DNA of 36,905 bases. Source: an uncultured Candidatus Saccharibacteria bacterium (GTDB lineage: Bacteria > Patescibacteriota > Minisyncoccia > UBA6257 > UBA9933). A program made the position numbers and the translations under genes. The first letter of the stretch is position 1; each line of letters begins with the position of its first letter. The notes beneath the pieces were generated by a model. It was given only the letters and a program-made list of their open reading frames with translations, did not search any database and was not told the DNA's origin. The stretch spans positions 1-36,905 of the forward strand of contig CAZYZO010000001.1 in assembly GCA_964651905.1 (NCBI GenBank), in the 5' to 3' direction. This document shows positions 6,783 to 14,969 of the stretch, one piece after another.

Positions 6783-7815
6783 TAGGATTATCACATACAC
6801 TGAAGCAATTAAAGAAGCCACGGACCAAATAATGGAGGTGGATCAGGACGTTGTTGTTATGGGTCTAGAAGTCTCATATAAAAACGGTGCAGACGGAACA
6901 ACAGCCGGACTTAAGGAAAAATATCCCTGCCGGATAATTGAAACGCCACAATCAGAAAATGCTGTAACAGGAATGGCAGTCGGCGCAGCTATAACAGGCC
7001 TTCATCCTATTGTGCACCACGGTAGGGTTGAGTTCGCAATCTTTGCGGCTGACCAGATATTTACACAGGCGGCGAAGTGGAATTATATGTTCGGCGGTGG
7101 ACATTCGGTTCCTGTTGTATTCAGGATCAATATTGGTCGACAATGGGGCCAGGGCCCGCAGCACACACAAGCGTTCTATTCGCTCTTTGGCAACACGCTT
7201 GGTCTTAAAGTTGTGATTCCCTCTACTCCGCGTATGGCGAAGGGTTTACTTATCTCTGCAATCCGTGACAAAAATCCCGTAGTTATCTTGGAACCACGCT
7301 GGCTTTTCTCTCTAAGACAGGATGTGCCAACCGAACTTTATGATAAACCACTCAATAAAGCTGTTATAATGAAAAAGGGCGCGGATCTTACAATTGTTTC
7401 TTATGGGGACGGTTTGATTGCGGCATATGAAGCTTTAGAGTTGATCAGTGGTCATGTTAATGCAGAACTTATAGATCTTGTTTCCATAAATCCAATAGAT
7501 TACGGAACTGTTTTAAAATCAGTAAAAAAAACTGGCCGACTTATCACAATTGATACCACCAATCACGCCTTTAGTATTGGCTCGGATGTTATCGCGAATA
7601 TTGCGGAACAGCAGTTGCTACACTTGAAGAATGCTCCAGTCTCACTTTCCTGTCCAGACGTTCCAGTCCCCACCTCAACCATACTCACTGAATCTTACTA
7701 TCCAACAAAAGTGGATATCGCAAACGTTGCGTTATGTCTGATGGGTAAGCCAACTATCAAGCGTGACTTAACTTTTGAAGAATTACACCTTGCCCCGAAT
7801 TTAGTTATAAAATAG
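6775..7815 (+). CDS. TPP-dependent 2-oxoacid dehydrogenase/decarboxylase E1 component, beta subunit
   Basis: MSNRIITYTEAIKEATDQIM..., ETPQSENAVTGMAVGAAITGLHP, VVILEPRWLF and a transketolase C-terminal-like end. The ATG at 6775 overlaps the alpha stop by 8 nt (ATGTCTAA). The track's upstream extension lies inside the alpha gene. Confidence 0.85.
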   Translation: MSNRIITYTEAIKEATDQIMEVDQDVVVMGLEVSYKNGADGTTAGLKEKYPCRIIETPQSENAVTGMAVGAAITGLHPIVHHGRVEFAIFAADQIFTQAAKWNYMFGGGHSVPVVFRINIGRQWGQGPQHTQAFYSLFGNTLGLKVVIPSTPRMAKGLLISAIRDKNPVVILEPRWLFSLRQDVPTELYDKPLNKAVIMKKGADLTIVSYGDGLIAAYEALELISGHVNAELIDLVSINPIDYGTVLKSVKKTGRLITIDTTNHAFSIGSDVIANIAEQQLLHLKNAPVSLSCPDVPVPTSTILTESYYPTKVDIANVALCLMGKPTIKRDLTFEELHLAPNLVIK

Positions 7816-7826
7816 CGGTGCTATAA

Positions 7827-8029
7827 ATAAAGGTACTTGTTACTAGCGGGACAGAATTTATTTGTTTCTACATCTGCGAGATTTCCCCGAAAAATACTTC
7901 AGTTGGAAAACTTCCAAGGAAGTATCGGATTCTAATGGTGAATATTGGAATGATACTATATCAGGAGCCATTCTGTTTACGAATACACTTGGTGCTCAAG
8001 ATATTGCCAGATTATTTGCCGAAGAATAA
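7827..8029 (+). pseudogene. decayed remnant of an NAD-dependent epimerase/dehydratase (SDR) gene
   Basis: ATA-AAG-GTA... reads (I)KVLVTSGTEFICFYICE, which resembles the canonical MKVLVTGGTGFIGSHLCE with the start and all Gly-motif positions mutated. A different frame ends ...EKYFSWKTSKEVSDSNGEYW...AQDIARLFAEE*, resembling an SDR C-terminus. About 200 nt remain of roughly 950 nt expected. Confidence 0.45.
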
Positions 8030-8131
8030 ATGAACCTTGTAGAAAACTATCCAATAAAGAATATTTTACAAAAATAATTGTGGTAATGGACTGTAGACCA
8101 AATTAAAGGCTTATAGTATGTTGATGTATAT

Positions 8132-9700
8132 ATGGTTTATAATAATAAACAAAAAATTATAAGAAATAAAAATCTTCCCAAATCCATACGATCTGTAGTA
8201 CGTATGTATCCATCTAATCAGGTCAATAGATTATTTTATGGTGGACTACCCCACCTAGGTAACACACTTTTGAACTCTTGGAAATCTACTGAGATACAAG
8301 AAGCGGCTAAGACGTATGATGATTACAGTCTTTCCTCGAATCTTCTTATAAAAGGCTTTAAGGATCCTGTAGTGGATAAAGTAAGATTAGGAATTGGAAG
8401 CCCTGCACGTTTTAAGCCTTTTGGTAGGTGTATTAAGAGTATAAAATATGCCTTGCAAAATAGAATACTTTCTGACTATCAATTAGCCGCGGGATATAGT
8501 GAGGACAAGGTACCCATCATAAAATACTTTAAAATTTCTCATGATTTAGAAATTACTGAAAATAATATTATTTTTACCCACTCAGGTACACAGGCGTTTA
8601 CCTTTGTTATGGAAGCAATACTGGATTATGGGGATGTGGTCATTATGACAGCCCCAAATTATGGACTTTTCGCCTTTATTCCAGAGAGGATCGGGGGTGA
8701 AGTTAGACTTTTACCGCTTACAAGTCTTAATGATTGGAAAATTAACCCGAAAGAACTTAAGCAACTTATTTTTAATACAAATAATGAACTTAAGCGAGAT
8801 TATGATATAAATCGTGGGAAATATGTTTTTAGACGCTCTGATGTGCCACCAAGAGTTTCTGCTTTTCTTAATTTAAATCCGCACAACCCAACGGGTGTTG
8901 TGTACAGTAAAAAGGACATATCGTTGTTGGTAGAAATTTCTAATATTTGCAATGAGGCTGGTGTATTTATTGTCGATGATTTGGCTTATTTTGGTCTAGA
9001 ATTTGATAGAAATTCTACCGCACTACCCATTTGTAGCTTAAAGGGGTATTTTAATAATACGATAACACTATATTCTCTTTCTAAATCTTACGGGTTGGCT
9101 GGCTTAAGGTCAGGTATGATTATTGCTAATGAGGTGATTATTTCTCTGATAAGAGATAAAATATTTCAGAGTTTGGATTCATTGTCTTTATTACAGTCGG
9201 CCGCTATGAGTGCGGTTTTCTTAATTGAGGATAATGCTCTTATAGAAAGAGAGAGGTACTTTACCGATATCACCAGGAAATATTATGAAAGGTATGTCTT
9301 TGTGAAAGCTATTATTATAGGGATTGATAAAATTAACAAAGAAGAAAGAATACTGCTCAACAAGATTATTCAAAACAACAAACTTATTTTTAATATTAAA
9401 AAATCTATGAGCGGTATCAGAGATGTTAGCATAGCACTTGAGCCAGAGTCGGGATTTTTTATACTCTTAGATCTAAGTAAATTACTTGGAAAATCTTATA
9501 AAGAATTTAAAATAATTGATGATATAACTTTGTTAAAATTTTTGTATACATCAGGTAATATTAAATTATTGACTGGCAGAGCATTTTGTTGGCCTAATCA
9601 GAGCCAGCTTACCGCAAGGGTAACTATCGCATTTGACAAATATGAAGATTTATTGAAATCTTTTTTACGCCTCAAATTATCCATAGAATCATTAGTATGA
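8132..9700 (+). CDS. PLP-dependent aminotransferase, class I/II
   Basis: 522 aa. NLNPHNPTG and the Schiff-base lysine motif YSLSKSYGLAGLRSG. Unusually long N-terminal extension and C-terminal inserts. Confidence 0.85.
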   Translation: MVYNNKQKIIRNKNLPKSIRSVVRMYPSNQVNRLFYGGLPHLGNTLLNSWKSTEIQEAAKTYDDYSLSSNLLIKGFKDPVVDKVRLGIGSPARFKPFGRCIKSIKYALQNRILSDYQLAAGYSEDKVPIIKYFKISHDLEITENNIIFTHSGTQAFTFVMEAILDYGDVVIMTAPNYGLFAFIPERIGGEVRLLPLTSLNDWKINPKELKQLIFNTNNELKRDYDINRGKYVFRRSDVPPRVSAFLNLNPHNPTGVVYSKKDISLLVEISNICNEAGVFIVDDLAYFGLEFDRNSTALPICSLKGYFNNTITLYSLSKSYGLAGLRSGMIIANEVIISLIRDKIFQSLDSLSLLQSAAMSAVFLIEDNALIERERYFTDITRKYYERYVFVKAIIIGIDKINKEERILLNKIIQNNKLIFNIKKSMSGIRDVSIALEPESGFFILLDLSKLLGKSYKEFKIIDDITLLKFLYTSGNIKLLTGRAFCWPNQSQLTARVTIAFDKYEDLLKSFLRLKLSIESLV

Positions 9701-10581
9701 AAATATATATTGCCTCATCAGAAAAGTATGTAGGAAAAATCCAAGAAGATGTTTATATACGCGACACCTATAGAAATAAAGGATTTTTTTGTGAAATCGT
9801 TACTCTGAAAAATATCGTAAAGATCTCAAAACCCTTTGATGGGGTAATTTTAAAAAGCGTCTGGGGGTATTATTTACACTATCAAGAATTTCTAAGGCAA
9901 TTATCAATACTCAGAAAAAAGAATATTAAACTAATAAACGACTATAATTTTATTTTTTGGAATATTGATAAGTATAAATACTTGTACGAATTAAAGCATA
10001 TGAATACAATTCCCACGACACTTCTTAGTTTTAAAAGTATTAAGAAGGTATTTGAGATTAGAAATATAATATTACAAATAAATAAAACATTAAACACGGA
10101 TACGTTGGTTATTAAACCCTGTATTTCAGAAAGCGGTTACTTAACCTTTAAATACGATAAAACAAAAAATAATAAGGCTATTATTGCTTTACTGCAACAA
10201 AATAAACAACTTAATTTTATTGCACAGCCCTACCGACCGGATATCTTGTCTGGAGAGTTATCTGTGGTCATAATTAATGGCATCTCCTTGTATGGCATTA
10301 AGAGATTTCCTGGAATTTTTAGTGAAAAATTAGATCCGATGTATATAAGGTTTATTAGCTTGCCGGGTGTAATAAAAAAAGAAGTAGACATATTAAAAAT
10401 ATTTTTCTTAAAGAAGTTTGGCGTTTTCCCTAATATATGCAGGGTTGACTTCTTAAAGATTGATACTGGTTATGAAATTTTAGAGGTAGAGTTAATAGAT
10501 CCTGATTTATTCTTTAGATACATACCTGATAGTATGAGAGAGAAAGCAACTTCCATGATTTATAAATCATTTGTTAAATAA
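9697..10581 (+). CDS. ATP-grasp-like protein (RimK/glutathione synthetase-like)
   Basis: FWNIDKYKYLYELK...IPTT followed by LVIKPCISESGY and FIAQPY...GELSVVIING, which matches the small ATP-grasp layout. ATGA overlap with the aminotransferase stop. Confidence 0.6.
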   Translation: MKIYIASSEKYVGKIQEDVYIRDTYRNKGFFCEIVTLKNIVKISKPFDGVILKSVWGYYLHYQEFLRQLSILRKKNIKLINDYNFIFWNIDKYKYLYELKHMNTIPTTLLSFKSIKKVFEIRNIILQINKTLNTDTLVIKPCISESGYLTFKYDKTKNNKAIIALLQQNKQLNFIAQPYRPDILSGELSVVIINGISLYGIKRFPGIFSEKLDPMYIRFISLPGVIKKEVDILKIFFLKKFGVFPNICRVDFLKIDTGYEILEVELIDPDLFFRYIPDSMREKATSMIYKSFVK

Positions 10582-10598
10582 TTAATTTTTATTAATCC

Positions 10599-11051
10599 AT
10601 GCTTAGAAAAGGAGTTTCAGTGCTTATCATCAACAAAAAGAACGAGTTTCTTTTAGTTAATTTAGAATCTTTTGAAAATAAGTATTTTGCAATCCCTGGC
10701 GGTGGAGTTGAACAGGAAGAAACATTAAAAGATGCGGCGTATAGAGAGTTAGATGAAGAGTTGGGAATCAAAGAAAAACATCTTCAAATCGTAGGTCAAA
10801 GTGATATACCTGTCAGATTCAAATTTAAAGTAATTAAGATGAACCGCGACGGTATTGAATATGATGGATCAGAGCGATATTTTTTTGGATTTAGATTTAT
10901 TGGCGATGAAAAAATGATAATTCCAAACCCTGGAGAGGTACGATCTTATAAGTGGGTTACATATAGCGAGTTAAAAAATTATTTACTCTTTGATAACCAG
11001 CTACAGGAAACGTTAGAAAAAATTAAAGAAATATTTTCTAACTTGTCATGA
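10599..11051 (+). CDS. Nudix hydrolase
   Basis: Complete Nudix box GGVEQEETLKDAAYRELDEELGI (GX5EX7REUXEEXGU). Confidence 0.85.
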   Translation: MLRKGVSVLIINKKNEFLLVNLESFENKYFAIPGGGVEQEETLKDAAYRELDEELGIKEKHLQIVGQSDIPVRFKFKVIKMNRDGIEYDGSERYFFGFRFIGDEKMIIPNPGEVRSYKWVTYSELKNYLLFDNQLQETLEKIKEIFSNLS

Positions 11052-12277
11052 TTAATAAACCGACACTTCTTTTTGTAGAGGAGTATGAGAATACGCTTTC
11101 AAGGAGTGTAGTGTCAAACAAAACCATTAGCTTAGTCTTAATTAGATTTAAGCAAAACATGTTCTTTAGTCAAAATCATCTCGACACAACCTCTAATATT
11201 CTTTGTTTTGTTTTTGACAAAGCGGAGTCCATAGAACATGAAGTTGATGAGTTCAAAAGATTCTGTGCCAAAAGTGGAATTGTAGTTAATTATTTCTATA
11301 ATGACTCCGAATACAACCAGGAGGTGATTCAGAAATTTGCCTCACTACTTAAACTTCCCGGCGCGTTGAATGAGTATCAAGCTCGCTGTGTAAGAGATAA
11401 AGCAGTAATGAAAGATAAACTTCATAAACTTGGATACCAAACAATGTTTTATCAAGAACTGACTTCCATTGATGATGCACTGGAATTCGCCGAAAAACAT
11501 GGAGGTTTTCCTTTTATCGTTAAGTGGCGTAGAGGGCTCTCATCGAAGGAAGTATATAGGATTGAAAGCAGGGGTCAGTTAGAGGCCCTTCAACTCGATT
11601 ATTCTACAAGGCGATTCATCGCGGAAACGTATTGTCCATACTTGATATGGAGTTTTGATTCTCTAGTGCAGGATGGCAAGGTTGTGGGAACTTTTCTAAC
11701 GTGGCTTCCATACACCAATCTAAGCTTCGCCGAGAAAAAAGAGAAGTTTGCTCAAATCACTGTTGCAGAACATCCGAAGAATATTAGATTCGATGGAGGA
11801 AAAATAACTCAGAACATAGTTAGTGAACTCGACCTGAAAAATGGATATATAGAAATAGAGTTCTTCGTTGATCTTCACGGACAACCTATTATCTGCGAAT
11901 TTGCATGGCGAACTGCCGGGGAGCACATATTGTCAAATCAAAGTCTAGCCTTTGGAGTAGATGTCTGTTCTTTATTAGTCGACATTATGGTTGGAAGAAA
12001 AATCCAACCGCTTCCACTAAATGGTCGACAATGCGTCGGCGACATGTTTCTACCATTAACCAATGGCGTCGTCACTCAAATTTCTTCCTATAAGGACCTA
12101 AGTGATCTTGATGGAGTAATCAATGGCAACATTACATGTAAAGTAGGAGATGTTATCGAGTTAAAAAGACAATACACAAGTTGTGCTGGCTGGATCCAAA
12201 TTACTGGAAAAACCGCGGACGAAGTCTTGAACAGAATGTTAAAGGTATACGAGAAGTTTGAAATTATAATAGTCTAG
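11048..12277 (+). CDS. ATP-grasp carboxylate-amine ligase (L-amino-acid-ligase-like)
   Basis: 409 aa. DKAVMKDKLHKLGY, FPFIVKWRRGLSSKEVYRIES, AETYC..., GYIEIEFFVD and EFAWRTAGE fit an ATP-grasp fold with a pre-ATP-grasp N-domain. ATGA overlap with the Nudix stop. Confidence 0.7.
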   Translation: MINKPTLLFVEEYENTLSRSVVSNKTISLVLIRFKQNMFFSQNHLDTTSNILCFVFDKAESIEHEVDEFKRFCAKSGIVVNYFYNDSEYNQEVIQKFASLLKLPGALNEYQARCVRDKAVMKDKLHKLGYQTMFYQELTSIDDALEFAEKHGGFPFIVKWRRGLSSKEVYRIESRGQLEALQLDYSTRRFIAETYCPYLIWSFDSLVQDGKVVGTFLTWLPYTNLSFAEKKEKFAQITVAEHPKNIRFDGGKITQNIVSELDLKNGYIEIEFFVDLHGQPIICEFAWRTAGEHILSNQSLAFGVDVCSLLVDIMVGRKIQPLPLNGRQCVGDMFLPLTNGVVTQISSYKDLSDLDGVINGNITCKVGDVIELKRQYTSCAGWIQITGKTADEVLNRMLKVYEKFEIIIV

Positions 12278-12322
12278 TACATTATTAATAAACTCTAGAA
12301 AAATATAATAATAAGGCCAAGT

Positions 12323-13216
12323 ATGAAAAAATTTAATAAAATAGTCATTATTGACACGGTTAAGATTACCGAGGAAGCGAAAGAAAAAATTCAACATTAT
12401 TCAAATGAGCGTGTTATTTATCCTGAATTTGACACAAAAAATGAAACGGAAATTTACCAAAGAATTAATAATGCCGACGCAGCCCTGGGTAATTGGCATT
12501 CAACAATAAATACTTCAATTTTAAAACATACCCCGAATCTTAAATATATTGGGATTTGCGGAACAAGTTTAGCGAATATTAATCTAGAAGCGGTAAGAAG
12601 GCACAATATAGTTATCAAAAACGTTACTGACTACGGCGATAATGGCGTGGCTGAATATATTTTTGCTCAACTACTTAATCTCTTTAGAGGATTCGGTAAA
12701 CACAGGTGGAGAAATGAGCCTAGTGAGCTTAATTCAAAAACAATTGGAATTATTGGTCTAGGAGCAATAGGGCAACAAGTTGCTAGAACAGCTTTAGGGT
12801 TTAAAATGAAAGTTTTATATTACAGTAAATCCAGAAAAACAGAGTGGGAGGAGAAAGGAGTTCAATATTCAACTATTGATGATTTGCTAAAAAAAAGTGA
12901 TATCATATCTATACATGTTCCTAAAAATACTAAGATCATCGGAAAAAATGAACTAGAAAAAATCGGTAATGGTAAGATTATAATCGACACCTGCTTAGGA
13001 GATATTTATAAAGATATTAATGCTGTTCGACTATGGCTTGGAAATGAAAATAATTTTTTAATAAGAGATCATCAGCCTGAAATAAAAGAAAAACTCGGTG
13101 ATTTGGAAAGATTTATATATACAGAAAATGTGATATCTGGAATAACGACAGAAGCCAGAGAAAAGCTAAGTACAAAGGTTATAGATAACATTGAAGATTA
13201 TCTAAAAAATAATTAA
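12323..13216 (+). CDS. D-isomer-specific 2-hydroxyacid dehydrogenase, NAD-binding
   Basis: KTIGIIGLGAIGQQVAR (GxGxxG), SDIISIHVP and the overall length and architecture of the family. Confidence 0.8.
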   Translation: MKKFNKIVIIDTVKITEEAKEKIQHYSNERVIYPEFDTKNETEIYQRINNADAALGNWHSTINTSILKHTPNLKYIGICGTSLANINLEAVRRHNIVIKNVTDYGDNGVAEYIFAQLLNLFRGFGKHRWRNEPSELNSKTIGIIGLGAIGQQVARTALGFKMKVLYYSKSRKTEWEEKGVQYSTIDDLLKKSDIISIHVPKNTKIIGKNELEKIGNGKIIIDTCLGDIYKDINAVRLWLGNENNFLIRDHQPEIKEKLGDLERFIYTENVISGITTEAREKLSTKVIDNIEDYLKNN

Positions 13217-13240
13217 AGGTTTGACAATTTTTCTTAAGAA

Positions 13241-13276
13241 AACGCCCAAACAATAACAGTTTATTGTTTGGGCGTT
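13241..13276. terminator. bidirectional hairpin terminator between convergent genes
   Basis: AACGCCCAAACAATAA-CAGT-TTATTGTTTGGGCGTT, a perfect 16-bp stem. The right arm overlaps the stop codon of the minus-strand gene. Confidence 0.6.
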
Positions 13277-13724
13277 ATAACATGCGGAATACTCTAACAT
13301 CTTTTTCCGCTTCCTCTTTGTTTCTGGATCGATGGATGATATTTTTGTAATATATCACGTTGTCGATCATAAGTGGCTTTCGCGCACCGAATTTAAAGCG
13401 TATGCTTTCGGGAGCGCAATCAACAGGATCAATTTCTGTGCCCGCGATTTGAAGAAGTGTATTGACAGCATCTCTCCCAACCACAAGCCCCGCTTCAACG
13501 AATGCGTTTACAAAGGGTTTAAAAACTGAGTTCCTGTATCTTTCAGGTAGGTCAGAATAAATGGCTTTTAATGCCCAATGTGGCATAACAAGCCTCTTGA
13601 CCTCTGAGATGATTAGGCCACCACCCTCGATCATTGCTCTGGCTTCTTTGAGAAATACCAAACCATGAGGTTTGATAATGTAAAAACTAGTTTCCAAGGT
13701 ACAATTCTCTCTTTCTTTGCTCAT
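13275..13724 (-). CDS. nucleoside diphosphate kinase-like domain protein (divergent)
   Basis: From MSKERENCTLETSFYIIKPHG... (GGAGGAAGTC before the ATG at 13724). FYIIKPHG resembles the NDK FxIIKPDG motif. NIIHRSRNKEEAEKDVRVF aligns with the NDK NxxHGSDSxxxAxxEIxxF, and the catalytic His is kept. Confidence 0.55.
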   Translation of the reverse strand: MSKERENCTLETSFYIIKPHGLVFLKEARAMIEGGGLIISEVKRLVMPHWALKAIYSDLPERYRNSVFKPFVNAFVEAGLVVGRDAVNTLLQIAGTEIDPVDCAPESIRFKFGARKPLMIDNVIYYKNIIHRSRNKEEAEKDVRVFRML

Positions 13725-13899
13725 GACTTCCTCCAATATTAAATTTTCAAATTTTAAAAACAATAAGCCTCATAAACGCTTACCTCTAATAAGAAGCCTA
13801 GAATATCTTGATATTTCTGTCAAGCTCAAAAAATTGGTGAATTTTACCTCTAAATGTAATAAATCTCCACAAAACCCTTGCAAACAAAGGGGGAAATTA

Positions 13900-14200
13900 T
13901 AAAGTCTAGATTCTTTTCAAGGTCTTTTAACGCGGATGGGGCGTTGGCTTCAATAGATTTTTTATCAAGAATAAAAACGGGCGCCACAAAGCATTCTGTG
14001 GGTCTTTTTTTTGCTTCTTTATTTCTAATTCAGTGTGGCTTTTTTAAAAAAAATGCGTTTAAGGCTTCTAGGATGGCGCTTTTGCCAATGCCGTTATCCC
14101 CCTAGATAGCCAACAAGTAGCCCTGATTCAAAGGAGTGGGCGGGTATGAATTTAGTATCCTGATAGCATTTAAAATTTTTAAGATATATACCGGCAAGTA
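13900..14200 (-). pseudogene. remnant of a P-loop ATPase (AAA15/OLD/RecF-like N-terminus), frameshifted and truncated
   Basis: The minus strand reads ...NFKCYQDTKFIPAHSFESGLLVGYLG, then a frameshift in a G5 run, then DNGIGKSAILEALNAFF (Walker A GxNGxGKSxxLEAL). Stops follow in all frames. Only about 0.3 kb is left. Confidence 0.5.
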
Positions 14201-14258
14201 TTTTTTATTGTGGCAGAGGACACAGCCTTCGGGTCGCTCCGATACTTAGTTGTCAATG

Positions 14259-14345
14259 CGGAGGCGGGAGGATTCGAACCTCCGATACCATTTCTGGTAT
14301 AACGGTTTTCAAGACCGTCCCATTCAGCCACTCTGGCACGCCTCC
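14259..14345 (-). tRNA. tRNA-Ser (anticodon UGA), class II with long variable arm
   Basis: GGAGGCG acceptor, anticodon loop CTTGAAA, variable arm TATACCAGAAATGGTATC, T-arm GGAGGTTCGAATCCTCC, CGCCTCC + G. CCA is not encoded. Confidence 0.9.
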
Positions 14346-14348
14346 ATG

Positions 14349-14421
14349 TGGACCGTAGCGGATTCGAACCGCTGACCTCCACATTGCAAATGTGGCGCTC
14401 TACCAACTAAGCTAACGGCCC
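14349..14421 (-). tRNA. tRNA-Ala (anticodon UGC)
   Basis: GGGCCGT/ACGGTCC acceptor with G3:U70, anticodon loop TTTGCAA, T-arm AGCGGTTCGAATCCGCT, discriminator A. Confidence 0.9.
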
Positions 14422-14473
14422 AAACTAGGAATTAATATACCAAAAATTTTTCTATTTCGCCAACCTTGAGAGA

Positions 14474-14887
14474 TTAAATTTTTCCGTCTTCAATTAGAAT
14501 TTTATTTATTTTTTCTACAACTAAATCCAGGTTAGTTTCTTTTCTTAAATAATCGAAAGCACCGGATTCCTGAACAAATTTTCGATTCATATTGATTATT
14601 TCTTCTCGCGAATCGCCGCTGTCTGCTAACATAATTACTCTTATTCCTCTTGTCCTATCATTGTCTTTGATTTTAAAAAGAGTCTCAATGCCGTCCATTT
14701 CCGGCATCATCATATCAAGCAAAACAACATCGGGTTTTGCATTCGTTAAAACAGCGAGAGCTTCTTTGCCATTTGAGGCCTCAATAATATTAAAATTAGC
14801 GGCTTCCAGTTTTGTTTTTAAGATATTCCGAAAATCTGTTTCGTCGTCTACCATTAATATTAAAAATTTTTTTATTTCCTCAGCCAT
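14474..14887 (-). CDS. stand-alone response regulator receiver protein (CheY-like)
   Basis: 137 aa. LILMVDDE, VVLLDMMMPEMDG. No output domain. Confidence 0.85.
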   Translation of the reverse strand: MAEEIKKFLILMVDDETDFRNILKTKLEAANFNIIEASNGKEALAVLTNAKPDVVLLDMMMPEMDGIETLFKIKDNDRTRGIRVIMLADSGDSREEIINMNRKFVQESGAFDYLRKETNLDLVVEKINKILIEDGKI

Positions 14888-14969
14888 ATTTTAATTTTAA
14901 TATTCAAAGATATTTTGTCAAAACTAAACCCCTTGCCTTCAGATTCATGAATAAGCATTATCATTAAAT

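Noticed and set aside
13878-14105. 75-aa plus-strand ORF
   Set aside because: It is antisense to the recognisable Walker-A remnant (DNGIGKSAILEAL) on the minus strand and has no motif of its own.
14179-14406. 75-aa ORF (and similarly 26042..26257, 71 aa)
   Set aside because: Both read straight through tRNA genes (Ser/Ala and Ile/Val respectively). They are translation artefacts of structured RNA genes.
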